A stretch of DNA of 64,000 bases, taken from assembly GCA_965202585.1 (NCBI GenBank), contig OZ241834.1:13392001-13456000 (forward strand), read 5' to 3'. The translations under genes were made by a program, and so were the position numbers. The stretch comes from Thalia democratica (lineage: Eukaryota). The notes beneath the pieces were generated by a model, which saw only the letters and a program-made list of their open reading frames with translations, made no database searches and had not been told where the DNA came from. Shown piece by piece: positions 1 to 12,092 of this stretch (position 1 is the stretch's first letter; the number at the start of each line of letters is the position of its first letter).

Positions 1-643
1 TTTACATTAGAGAAAAACAAATCATTTATGAATAAAGGATTAAACAACAATAAGACAACATGCATAGGCTAGTATTAGTAGCTTAAAAATTGTTATCTAC
101 ATAACAAAAATAAACTTAAATAGTCTCAAAGTTAACTAATAAGAATAGGTCTTCTTTACAATGTTATACAATATTTTAATATTTTATCCGGATTTTTATT
201 AATATTAATATATATTAATAAGGACTTTATTCCTTTAGTAACCTTCTACATGAATTTTGTTAGTAAGAATCACCTCCTTAAAAATATAGCGAATCAAGTT
301 ATTTTCGTTATCCTTAGAAAAAGTATTAATCGCTGCATGTATATACCTGAAGTTTAAAAACTAGCACTTAAAATAGTTATACCACCAAAGTTAGTGTTTT
401 TATAAATTATTTAGCTTAAAAACTATAAAATAAACACTACTAAATAAAAGAAATTAAATTAATTAGAAAATAAAACAAAATTTAAAAATATAAATATAAT
501 TCACTAACAATAAAAATTCCACTAAAACATACGCAAAAGTTTGCAGAGCAGAAGCCTGGACTTTCGTATGCCGTGAGACAAGCTCAAGTTTAACAAAAGG
601 GTTGATCATACCAATTTGATCATCAGACCACAAGCCTTTGGTA

Positions 644-686
644 GACTGAGACAGGTTTCGTCCTGATTAGGACTCATCAGTCAGTC
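644..686 (-). ncRNA. Type I hammerhead ribozyme, intact core, minimal stem III
   Basis: Minus strand reads GACTGA-CTGATGA-GTCCT-AATC-AGGAC-GAAA-C-CT-GTC^-TCAGTC. Stem I is GACTGA/TCAGTC, stem II is GTCCT/AGGAC, and the conserved CUGAUGA, GAAA and GUC triplet are present. Confidence 0.85.
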
Positions 687-1027
687 ACAACCAAAAACAT
701 TGCAGTCTTTAATCTACAAACGGTTTATAATGCTTGCCACAAAGCAACCATTTGCTGGTATTGATCAGTGACAGCAGTATTGTCTTTTGCTGTGCAACGT
801 TTAATACATTTTCCACTGGGCAAGACATCTGGTATGATCGTATTAAATACGATCAACAAAAACATTTGCGAAAGTCTGCAGAGCAGAAGCCTGAACTTTC
901 GTATGCTCAGTTTAGCTCAGTTTAATAAAAGGGTTCATACCAGGCAAAAGACAATACTGACGTCACTGATCAATACCAGCAAATGGTTGCTTCATGTGAA
1001 AGTACCATAAACTGTTTATAGATTGTA

Positions 1028-1069
1028 GACTGCTGATGAGTCCTAATCAGGATGAAACAGGCCTCAGTC
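1028..1069 (+). ncRNA. Hammerhead ribozyme motif, degenerate (family A)
   Basis: GACTG-CTGATGA-GTCCT-AATC-AGGAT-GAAA-C-AG-GCC-TCAGTC. The cleavage triplet is GCC instead of GUC, and the upstream stem I extension is deleted. Confidence 0.7.
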
Positions 1070-4000
1070 TACCGAAGGCTTGTGGTCGAATGATCAAATT
1101 GCTATGATCAACCCTTTTGATAATAAAAAATTTAACGCCAAGCTGACTTTTGCAAAAAACTCAAATTATCAGGATGAAGTCTGGTATTTTTAATAAAGTT
1201 ATGTTTTTGAACTACTGAAACTAAATTTATAATTTTTAAATTAGTAAGTAGTATTTGAAACTTGTTACAGCTTATATTCTAAAAGTACTATAACCTGAAT
1301 GAGGTTAAAAAAAGTGCATCAAGATAAAGAAAAAATATACAACTTAGTTATCATTTTAACAAAACTTTACTTTACAACAAGACTTTTTAAAAATGAAAAG
1401 ATAGGTGAAGTTATGTAAAATTAGGGTAAAAGTTTTTTGAGTATAAGGCAAGGCTGACAAAGTTGAAACAATTATTCTACTGGATCTCAACGTTGAATAC
1501 TGCCGGATTCTAGATCTAACTACAATTTATTAGGAAAAAAAACATTTACATTTAGTCTGGGCTAGATTTTGATTTTAAAAATGGTCTTATCTGGTTTTAA
1601 TTAGAAGTGAATTAAGATTAAAATTTCAAATCCAGCAAAGCTTTTTCAGATAATAAGCTTTAACATTTGAAACCTCAATCTAAATGCACATTCAATTAAA
1701 ACCAGAAGCACTTTTTTTTAATCAAGATCCAGCCTGGACAGTATACAAATGTTTCTTTTAATAAAATTTCAATTAGAGACAGATCTTGGCAAGTTTAGCC
1801 AGATCAGGCATTCTCCAGCAGTTACATGGTATAACACTAGTTGAAACAAGTAAATTATGAGTTTTATTTATTGTATATTTAATTTTAGAAACTTAATTGT
1901 ATTTTAAAAAATGTTTTATATTAACTAGATTTTAAAACAAAAGTTTTCATTATATTATATAAAGTTTAAACATTTACAAAATTTATAATTTAAAGTGTAT
2001 TTCTGCTTTATACTTAAACTTGATAAAAACACACTAACTTTGTGTAGAATTAACAAACGTTGAATTATCCATACAGCTTGAAAAACAAGTCTTCATTTCA
2101 AAAGATGTCTAAAAATTTAAGTATTTGTTCTATAAAAATTATATAATGTTTAATGATTTTACTGTTACGTGTAATACTTAAAATAACTTTTTTCTGATAA
2201 ACTACAGTTAGTTTGTATTACTATGGTTTGAATATGTTTAAAATCATTACTTAATATCATGTTTTGATACATAGACAATTTATTAAATAATAAAATTAGC
2301 ATGACTATTTAAGTACGTGAGTGTCAGTGAATATATTACAATATTTAGCAAAATTAACATTTCTAGAAAAAAAACAACATAAACTCGATCGAATGATCTT
2401 AATTTTACTAATAATATCAATTTGACTTGATACAAATCAATAAGAATTTGACCTATCTGAAACTGCAAATGTAGTTAAAATTTATTTATTTTTTTAAATT
2501 GAAAATCTTAACTTCTGTTTAGCGCAAAATAAGGAGTCTTTTTTTTGTTAAGAATAAAGATTTTGCTATTGGGAAAGTTTAAAACTGATTGCTACTATCA
2601 TAGTAACAAAAACAAGAAAAAATAATAATTTTCTGTATTTCCTTTTTGATGTAATGAAAAATCCCTTAGACCCAACTAAACTATTTGTCTTTGTCAAATA
2701 TAGACCTGTGAATCAGAAACCAGGAATACAAAGGCTATATCAGGATCTGTGTGCTTGAATGTGTAACTTATGTGTTTAAGATCACATGTTAGAAGTTATT
2801 TTAATTTAGATTAGTAAGAAAAGCAAACGATACATAAGTAAAAATATAACAAAAAAATTATATCAAAACTATAGTTTGATAGCAAAAAAAATTAATTCAA
2901 AGAACAGCTAAAACAACCTAAAGAAAATTAAATCAAAACTTTAAACACCACAAATCTAAATATATATTTGTATTATGAACTGGCTCATGTATATGGAAAC
3001 TAAATACTATGTGTATGTACTCTTTATTGACTAGTATATTTATATTTATCTTAATAGTTATAAATAACCTAAAAATGTTAGATACTATAATTACAAAAAA
3101 TAAAATAATAACTAATACAAATTATGTGCACCAATAAAAGTCTAAGGAACAGAACCAAACTTTGTTTAAAAAAGTTAAATTAATTCCATATACATTTACC
3201 TTCATTAACATATTTTTAAAATTAAAAAAAATTCATGATATTTTTCAAGTGTTGTAACAAAAGTTCATAAGTTAATAAGTTCATTAGTGAAAGTGAAAAG
3301 TAAAACTGGCAAATGAAACTATTTCATTAACTTTTTTTAATTTATTAAATATTTGTTTTTACTATTCAGAATTATACTTAAAAAACATTCTAATGGACTA
3401 ACGAAATAATGAGAGATTTTCTTAAGCATATTTTTTTTGTATAACCTTTTCTTTAACTAATGTTAGAAAAATTTTCTGTAGATTTTAAACCTATTTTATA
3501 ACACCTAAAGATAAGATTAATCTAAGTGGAATATTCTTTAAAAAAATTAAAAATTTACATTAAAAAAAAGAATTTCTATAGAATTATATAATTTAATAAG
3601 TATTTTATATAAATATCTTACAAAACTATATACATCTCAAAAGCTTATTGAAATTTTTATAACCCTTTAAAACATTGTTTAAACAAAAAAGAAAGCAAAC
3701 ATTAGTTTTAATACAAAAAAAAACTGTAATTAAGGCCAAAATATCATAACTGAAAAATTTGTATTCATATTTGTATTTGAATGATGTTAAAAAAAAACTT
3801 TAATTAAAAATTATTTCAGGTTTGCAACTATCTGAAACAAAAAATGTGAGTCACAAAAAACTAAACTGATTATTTAAATAAATTGATAAAAAGCTATGAA
3901 ATTAAAACTATTTCAGTAATGGTAGTCACAAAGTAAAATATTTATTTGACAATTAAGCTTTAATACTTGAATAATGTGTTATTAGAAGATATAACTTCCT

Positions 4001-4090
4001 TCAATCAAATTGTCAATCTAAAAAAGTCCCAATTTCATTTAGATATACATAAAAACTAGTCTAAGTTTAAAGAATCAACTGTATTAGGTT

Positions 4091-4351
4091 TTAGTTTCCA
4101 TTAAACTGATTGACTATACTGGAATAATGAATATTGATAACATGTAATACATTTAGTAAACTAACCATGTTTGACAATGAGCATTCTTCAAGACGACATT
4201 TATCAACTTTTTGCTGACTAAACTTTTGCATTTTTTTATGAGATACTGTTCGGACAGCAACTCCTGGTGCTAAATTATCAATATTCTTTTTCCAATCTTG
4301 CCTTGCAAAACAGGCATACCCAAGTGTCAGAAAAAATACAAAACAAAGCAT
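4091..4351 (-). CDS. Possible small ORF or exon with signal-peptide-like N-terminus
   Basis: 86-aa ORF MLCFVFFLTLGYACFA-RQDWKK..., less AT-rich than its flanks, with a possible donor ATG|GTTAGT inside. No recognised homology. Confidence 0.25.
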   Translation of the reverse strand: MLCFVFFLTLGYACFARQDWKKNIDNLAPGVAVRTVSHKKMQKFSQQKVDKCRLEECSLSNMVSLLNVLHVINIHYSSIVNQFNGN

Positions 4352-4502
4352 TTCAACAAATAAAACTAATTATCTTAATTCATAAAAAATGCTAAATAAG
4401 TTAAAATTAATAGTCATTTCCTTATGTTAAAATATAGTTACTATGTACTGAAAACAACACCTATTTAGCTTAAAAGTAAAATAAAAAACTATATAATACT
4501 AG

Positions 4503-4754
4503 ATAAAAACAAATTATACAGTAATCTTCCTTTATTCTACCAACATATGTTTCTGTGTGTCAACGAATCAACACACTTCAACTGGGTTGTTAATAGGAAA
4601 GATAACTCTTAATAGGTTTAAATTAATAGGTTAATGGGTTGTTAATATGAGTTATCTTTCCTATTAACAACCCAGTTGAAGTGTGTTGATTCGTTGACAC
4701 ACAGAAACATATGTTGGTAGAATAAAGGAAGATTACTGTATAATTTGTTTTTAT
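4503..4754. repeat. Perfect 106-bp-arm inverted repeat with TA-CAGT...ACTG-TA core (Tc1/mariner-like fold-back)
   Basis: 4503..4608 is the exact reverse complement of 4649..4754, with a 40-nt spacer. Confidence 0.9.
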
Positions 4755-4756
4755 TT

Positions 4757-4830
4757 ATATTCCAGTGAAGTTACTTTACTAGGATCTTTTATTAGCAAAC
4801 AATTAAAACTATATTTTGAACAGTTATAAT
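4757..4830 (+). repeat. Dispersed ~75-bp repeat (family C); other copies 32457..32535 (+), ~35720..35812 (-), ~59690..59770 (-)
   Basis: Shared TATATTCCAGTGAA(C/G)TT...CTAGGATCTTT...A(G/A)CAAAC...TTTGAA(C/T)AGTTA. Confidence 0.65.
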
Positions 4831-5049
4831 ACTAGATAATCATTTCAAGGTAAGATTAAAACATTTATGATAAATAAACTATATATTTATTATATAAGAA
4901 AATTTCAAGTTTCTTTTTTTAATACTTAAATTAATAAAAGTAAATTATCAACATTTTTCAATCTCCTTATTCATTTTTTACTAAAATATGTTTAGTTTTA
5001 AACACAATATTTTTCTACAAAATACTGTTGTTATCTGTGGAGTTAGTAA

Positions 5050-5376
5050 ATGGGTTGCTACTCTTTAAGTCAAAAAAATCTGTCCTGAGTGACCTTAAAC
5101 TGTCCGGAATCATCATAAGTTTTTTTCAAATCAAGAACAGATTATTTTTACTTTTAAAAACTAATAAAAATCAAGTTCTTCAACAAAGTTATCAAAGAAA
5201 AAAAAAACTAACTAAATCTCATTTAAAATCTTGAAAAAATATGTCCTGATATCATTAAAAAGCTAAAACTGTCCTTAGTTTTAAAAAGAAAAAACAAAAT
5301 TATCCTTCCTGAGTCAGCCTGAGTTCAAAAACAAAATTCAAACTATCCTGAGTATCCTGAGTGTGTGGTAATCCTG
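5050..5376. mobile_element. Decayed hAT-type MITE (CAGGGTTGCCAC-like ends, CCTGAGT subterminal repeats)
   Basis: Left end GGGTTGCTACTC; right end CCTGAGTGTGTGGTAATCCTG. A similar right end lies at ~34140..34160, and similar ends at 46593 and 50123. Confidence 0.5.
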
Positions 5377-5712
5377 TAATTTATAAAAATGAATCTTTGA
5401 TAAATAAGACAGCCACATAAAAAATACTTAACTTAATCTGGTGAGCATAACATGCATTAAAATTCACTACATATAAAACATACATTCAAAAGAACTCTAG
5501 ATCTACTTCTTATAGTTATTTATATAAAATATATAACAATATTTTATACAAGTTTTTTCAAGTTTTAAAAAGTTTCTTGGACCCTAGACGAAGCTTTTGG
5601 ACCAAAATACTTAAGGCAGTTTAAGCCAAGTCTTGTTCTATGTCTTTCAGTTATAAAATTTTACTTCTTTTAAAACCAATAAGATAAAGTTTTAACAATA
5701 TATAAATACACA

Positions 5713-6424
5713 ATATATACAATATATATCTGTCTTCTTTATCTTGGATGCCAAACCTTTATTTTATGTTTTGTTATTTTAAACCTTTGAAATTATGTTC
5801 TGATAAGTCGTCTTAGAACGGCTATTAAGTTGCAAATCAAATAACCCAATATTGACGTCATAATTGACATATAGAAACAAAAAACCCATATAAATTGTAA
5901 ATCTATGTTTTATCTTGGACGCTAAATCTTTATTTTACGTTCTATTGTTTTGATAATTTGTAATTATGTTCTGATAAGTTGTCTTAGAACAGCTTAATTG
6001 CAAAGAATTAAAACAATAGAACGTAAAATAAAAGTTCGGCATCCATGATTAGACGTAGATTTACAATTTATAGGATTTTTTTGTCTTTATATGCCAATTA
6101 TGACGTCAATATTGGTTTATTTAATTTGCAACTTAACCGCCATTCTAAGACAACTTATCAGAACATAATTACAAAGTATCAAAACAATAGAACGTAAAAT
6201 AAAGGTCTGATTGTCCAAAATAAAACGTAAATTTACAATTAATTTATATGAATTTTTTGACTTTATATGTTGATTATGACGTCAATATTGAATTATTTGA
6301 TTTGCAACTTAACAGCCGCTCTAAGACAACTTATCAGAACATAATTTCAAAGAATTAAAATGACAGTCCATACAATAAAGGTTTGGCATCCAAGATAAAG
6401 AAGACAGATATATATTGTATATAT
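5713..6424. mobile_element. Fold-back element with ~170-175-bp internal tandem subunits in inverted arms
   Basis: Terminal ATATATACAATATATATCTGTCTTCTTTATCTTGGATGCCAAACCTTTATT is mirrored at ~6374..6424. A subunit containing CTGATAAGTTGTCTTAGAAC and AATATTGACGTCATAAT repeats in both arms. Confidence 0.8.
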
Positions 6425-7615
6425 CATATATTTATATATAGTTCAAACTTCAGCTTAGTTGTTTAAAACCTTTTATTGTGTGAATTAACAGAACTAGCAA
6501 GTGTAAATTTGTTAAGCTCCACATCAAACCCTATTAAAGTGTTTTGTATCAACTTATAACTTTTCCATCTATACACATACCTTAATTTTAGCAGACCAGT
6601 TTTTTCAAACAGGGGATTTGTTGGGGTCAAGGCAGGCACACAACAAACATACCTGATTATTATTTATTGCGTACAAACAATCAGTTTCAGGTAACAATCA
6701 GCAGCACAAATCTAAGCAGATATACAGTATTGAATGGGCGATTAAACAAACTTTAATTTACTATTAAAATGTCCAATTTTTTTAATATCAGCTATCTCAT
6801 TTACTGCTTGCAATAGTTAAAATTCTACAAACTAATATTTTTAAGATTAGTCTAATACTTGTATTAATAGTCTATTAAAAAATAATATCAATTTTAGAAA
6901 ACAATTATGAATCAAAAACTCCAATAACATTTAGTAATGCTAAATTGTTACAATAATTTATTTTGAAAACTACTAAGCCATTGTTTTATAAGGGTAACTT
7001 GTGAAATCTGCAAATCATTAACATAAAAGTAGCAAATCATATTTGCAGAGTCAGCAAAAAAAGCTTTTTTTATGTAATTTTTAATTTTAATCACTAAATT
7101 TACTTTTTTGATTTATTCTAACTATGTTTGGGTAAGGTGGTCGAGGGATAGAAAATTAATAAAATAAATATTTAAAAAAAGTTTTGTTCTTAATTTGCTG
7201 TGTCAGAAAACATGCATATAAATTATACTTTTATGCATAGTTTTAGAATGCTTAAGATTTCTTTACATTGTGCATTAGCAATGCATGATAAATTATAAAA
7301 ACAAAAGTCCCCAGCTATAAAACAAGTTGTATAATAGTCTGCTTTTATCCAAAACTAAGAAAAAAACTTACTTATTTTTTCCATCGTAAATCACATTTCA
7401 ACCTTAACTAAATTAACACTTTTTACTATTTCCACCTAAAATTGTAAGTTTTAAAAACTTTGATAATGAAAATTATTACTCTTTTTTTTTTCCAAAACTA
7501 CATTTGTTTTTTTTTTTTGCAAAGGCAATTAATCTAGATTTTTTTTTGAGATCACCCATTTACAATGAATAAAATTTTAGATTTAGATATGTAGACTAGG
7601 TTACTCATAAAAACA

Positions 7616-8202
7616 GTGACCTTAGAATTATCAGCTGCATTTCAAGTTATATATGGCAAATATAAAAAAATTGCTTAAAATGTGAAAAATTTTAGAGTAT
7701 TTGAAGAAGCGTAGTTAGAAGTGAAATCAATTTTTCTAAGAACGGAACGGACCCCTATGTACATTGTATGTGATTTTAAAAACTCAAACTTCAAGTTATT
7801 AGCTTGAATTTTTGCTACATGTGGCAATTATCAAAAAAACATAGTCTATTCTTTTTAAACAATTTTAAGAAAGTTTTGTGGAGGCTTTTTTTTGAAGTTT
7901 TCTATAATTTTTCGTTAATTGTAAGGTTTTTACAAGAAATTAAAAATTTCTTTGTAAAAATTTCGTCAAATCGTCTTTGGATGCGTTAAATGTGTTTATA
8001 TGATAATTGCTGCATGGAGAAAAGTTTTTAACCAAAAACTTCAAGATCGAATTTCGAAGGTCCTATACAATGTACATAGGGGTTGTCTTTAGACTTTTTT
8101 TCCTATACCTACGCATCTTCAAATCATCTAAAATATTTATACAGTGTTTTTGTGATACTTGCCACATATATTTTGAAATGCAGCTGAAAATTCAAAGGTC
8201 AC
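7616..8202. mobile_element. Decayed MITE with long imperfect TIRs, related to 32941..33556
   Basis: GTGACCTTAGAATTATCAGCTGCATTTCAA pairs with TTGAAATGCAGCTGAAAATTCAAAGGTCAC; internal CCCCTATGTACATTGTAT pairs with ATACAATGTACATAGGGG. Confidence 0.65.
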
Positions 8203-9566
8203 CATAATTTTATTGTACAAGAGTTTTTAAGGAAGTTCAAAGCTTAATGTGGTTTGATGACATAAATCACAGATTTCAGAATTTTGAACATTTTTTCCAT
8301 TATATTTGTTTATTATATAATTTGAAATATTTTGTTTATTTTAGATGAATCAGGTAACTATGGCGTAGGAGTCGTTCAACCAACATAATTAAAATTTTAC
8401 TCTTTAGAACGTCTAAAGGTTGAGATCCGCTAGTCGACACATGTACACATAAAAGTGTTATGACATTTTTATCGTGTACAAAAATAAAAGGAAAAATAAA
8501 AAATTATGCATTACATGTTAAATTAAGCTATAGTTATTTTTATAATACATACAACAAAAAACAACGGTTTTATGAAATGAAAGCAGGAGTCAGTTTGGAA
8601 GTCTTTATAAGTAATAAATCAAGTTTGTTTAAAAAAATATTTCGTAGGCCTTTGAACTTTTGTAAACTTATTTTGAAAATCACGAAAAACAGCAAGAAGC
8701 AAATGTGATTAAATATTTACTAAATTGATGTTAACAACATTCTTTTTCAACAACCACTAAGTTAGTAAAAATTTTAGTAAATAATTGTTTACGGTTAGTA
8801 GTTTGTCGACAAGACTTCACTAAGCTAACTAAGATTTAAAATTAGCTGATAAATACTTATAAACAAGACTTTTAGTTTTGTACAACATTTTTTGCTAAAG
8901 AACCTTTAAAACTATGTATCTACATAAACTTATATAGTTCTGTATTCTAATAACAATTTTCAAAATGAAAAATATAAGAAATTATACTTAATAATTTTAT
9001 GTATACCTTAATTTTTTTTATATACAGGAACAATTTTTAAATAATAAACTGGAAAGAAATCTTAACTTAATTAGAAGTACAATATTAATATAAAATAGTT
9101 TTTGAATTTTTACTAGTAATCTACTGAATCCAAGATTCTGACTCGGATTTGGATTCGGCCAAACCCTAATTTCAAAATGAGATTCGGATTCAGATCAGGC
9201 CGAATCCTAAATTTCAAAATGAGACTCGGAATCGGATCTGGACGAATCATAGTTTCAAAATAAGATTCGAATCCGGTAGACCACTTTAAACTTTTTGAAT
9301 TTTACTCAATTGTTTGTCAAAAGTTAAATGAATGTAAAACTAACTAATGATTTCACGCTTGACATAACAAAACAGTGCTTTTTCAAACTTTTAAAAGCTT
9401 TCTCAACTTTAATTTATAGTTTTGTACACAGTATAAAGACTATTATGAATTATTTTTCTAAACATATCTATAAAGGTTATCTTGAAAACTTATGGTATAT
9501 ATTTAACGAATAAATTTATGGAGTTTTTAGTAGGGAGGTCTAGTTTACAAAGACTATATAATTATT

Positions 9567-9659
9567 GTGGTGTAGTACTCGATAACCGAAAGGTTCATTT
9601 GTACACCAGATCCTTAAACAAAACCTTTTGAGCGCTTTTTTTATCGTTAAATAAACAAT
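9567..9659 (+). repeat. Structured ~120-nt SINE-like element, 5'-truncated copy
   Basis: GTGGTGTA.TACTCGATAACCGAAAGGTT...GTACACCAG...TTTTGAGCGCTTTTTTT...AATAAACAAT. Confidence 0.75.
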
Positions 9660-10038
9660 TTAAAATATCTTTTGTTTTGTTAATTTGGTTTTCAGTCTTC
9701 ATTTAGACGTTATTGATTATTAAACTAATTGTGTCATAAATGACTTGTGACAATGATTGTAGGACTTAAATATTTTATTTTACTTTTTCCTAATTAAAAA
9801 AAAATATTATCATGTTATTGTGTCTTTTTTGGAGAGCCTCTTAGTTAAAATAAAAAATCTCAGTTATAATGTGCTTGTTTTCTTTGAGATTTTTTATATA
9901 AAGAAAAAAAGTCAGACTTAAATATGTAACATTAAAGCAGATGCTTGCATACTTTTAGCTATATACTTTTATGTAAATATTTTTTGTATATATAATTGAT
10001 AATTTTAATTTATGACATATATGTTATATACAATCAAA

Positions 10039-10091
10039 TCTACCGAGGGCTTGTGGTCTGATGATCGAATTGGTATGATCAACCCTTTTGA
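10039..10091 (+). repeat. Fragment of HHR family A (segment downstream of the ribozyme)
   Basis: TCTACCGAGGGCTTGTGGTCTGATGATCGAATTGGTATGATCAACCCTTTTG matches 1068..1119 and 17595..17645. Confidence 0.75.
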
Positions 10092-10273
10092 CATATATGC
10101 CATAACTTTAAATTTTATACTTTATTTTCAAAAGAATGTTCTAAAGAACAAAAGATCTGTTAATAATAAAAATCTTAATTATTTTATTTGATGTTCTATT
10201 TTTTGGAGTAAAATATCATTATGAAAACAAAATCATAAAATAATTAAAGTTATATCATTCTCTTTAGCAATAA

Positions 10274-12092
10274 GTGGAGACCATTAATTGTTACTTATCT
10301 TTAAATCATATATTTAATGAAATTGTTAGTAATAAAATCATTGTCGCGCATTGGTTCAATAAAAATTTTGAATGCAATCATCGTGTTTGGCATTGCCGGG
10401 AAATGCAGGGTGAGCACACTAGCCAAAACATTTGTAATTACTTTCAGGATAGCTTAGTAATTGGAATATTACTTTGGATCATATTCATGTTTTTTTTTTG
10501 CGAGACAATGCAAGAAACATTAAAAAGTACAAACAACACAAAAAACCTTGCTTCTTGTTCAAGATGTGGATACAAGGCGGAACTCAACATATCTTATGCT
10601 AGAGAGACTGAAAAAGCTAAAATCAGGTGTCCGGTACTATGTGGCTAACTATAAAAACGATCAAGGTTCGATTATTACAACCAAGGAATGGCAACTGGTT
10701 AATCACATTATTCTACTACTCTAACCTTTTTTTTTGTAACAAAGGAGTGTAGTAAAAACAATGCATTGCTCTCAAGCGTGATCTCGCATGCAAGATCACT
10801 GACGAAGTTTGTTAACACTAATGAAAATTTAGAAGAACTATCAAATTTTTGTAAAACTTTAGCCAAAAATGTAGGAGAGACTTGCGAAAGAAGGTTCTAT
10901 ACTAGGGGTGGGCAACGTTTTTTATCGGGCCGGATCCGGAAAACTTTTGTCTTTGGCAGGCCGGAGTATTTCGAATTAGTGATTTACCAGATCCAGTATC
11001 CGGATAAAGCCTTTTTAAATCCGGATCCGGCCGGATGCTAATTTTAAAACATTATTCGGATTTGATTGGATACTAATTTTAAATCGAAATCCGGTCGCAT
11101 CCTAATTTAAATAAAAGTTTCGAGTTTGGCCGGAATAAAATTTTATAGATAAGGTTGATTACTTTTCTGAATCCTTCTAATTCACAAAGATTTCGCAAAC
11201 GTGACAACTTAAGATGAAGATTGAGACATGTCAGATGTTTATGTAATGTCTACAAATAGAATTGACATGGTAATTTACAAAGGTTGGTATGTAAAATACC
11301 AGATTTGAACAAACACTTTGCTTTGAGTAATTTAAAAAAAGATATTCTAACTAATTTAGAACAACAAAAAAATTTGGATAAAATGGTTTTTTATCAGTAG
11401 ACATTAATTTCAAATGCAATTTTTTAACATTTTTTTTTTTTCAAAATCTTGTAATATTGAACTTTCTGGGCCAGAAACTTCTATCGCGGGCTGATCATTT
11501 TCCTCTACTGGCCGGATTCCATTATAATTCAAAAACCGGTCGGGGACCAGTCATTTTAACTCCGTTGGCCGTACATTGTCCACCCCTATTCAATACCGAT
11601 AACAACAACTTAAACATGAATGAAAACAAACTACTTCTAGTCACAACAGCTGTTGATCCACGATATCGACTTTCCGCTTTCCCTTCTTACCTCAAAAATT
11701 ATGTTAAAGAGCTGCTAGAATTTAATGTTAAAAAGCATATCTCTTTCGAGGCTGATTAAAAAAGTGATTCTCCTATTTTGCCACCAGAGAAACTCAAACC
11801 ACAACCCTCTGTAAATTTTGATCCGAAAAAGTGTTTAACTTACTATTCTTTCTTTAAAATAGAATCAAACACAGCGACACAGAATGACGAGCAAAAAGAT
11901 TTTATTGATGAAGAAATTGAAGCAGAAATAAAGGGCTTTTTTGCTACAGAGAATTTGAATGCAGAAACTGAAGAGGATAAAATTTTAAATTGGTGGAATT
12001 TGAACGAGACAAAATACCCACATCTAGTATTTTGTAGTATAAAAAAACATCTTTTGCAGTTTTATTTCGTTTTTTTTTTAAACAGTTGTTAA
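10274..12092 (+). pseudogene. hAT (ZBED1/ZBED4-like) transposase remnant, interrupted
   Basis: Motifs RVWHCREMQGEHTSQNI, TKEWQLVNHIILLL*PF, TTAVDPRYR and ILNWWNLNETKYPHL. Removing 10903..11588 plus one TSD joins ...CERRF to (N)TDNNNL... in frame. Stops and frameshifts remain. Confidence 0.8.
10903..11588. mobile_element. hAT-type MITE inserted in the transposase
   Basis: TIR TAGGGGTGGGCAACGT / ACATTGTCCACCCCTA; 8-bp TSD TTCTATAC / TTCAATAC; CCGGATCCGG-rich interior. Confidence 0.85.

Larger units (their letters stand above)
531..1119. mobile_element. Hammerhead-bearing ~335-bp repeat (family A): >1 unit head-to-tail on minus strand (531..~943) joined to an inverted partial copy on plus strand (~944..1119); retrozyme / non-autonomous Penelope-like
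   Basis: GCAGAGCAGAAGCCTG occurs at 543 and 878 (period 335). 741..800 is the reverse complement of 944..1005. HHR cores lie at 644..686 (-) and 1028..1069 (+). Further copies are at 10039 and 17503. Confidence 0.8.

Noticed and set aside
734-1010. ORFs 734..925 and 768..1010
   Set aside because: They run across the repeat junctions of family A, have no protein-like motifs, and are not preserved in the other copies.
2700-3850. Possible mini-exons at ~2704..2760 and ~3820..3845
   Set aside because: Splice-like signals exist, but they cannot be joined into a supported reading frame.
8415-8455. TGAGATCCGCTAGTCGACACATGTAC as a further hammerhead
   Set aside because: It has a palindromic ACATGT, but no CUGANGA, GACA instead of GAAA, and no convincing stem I or II.
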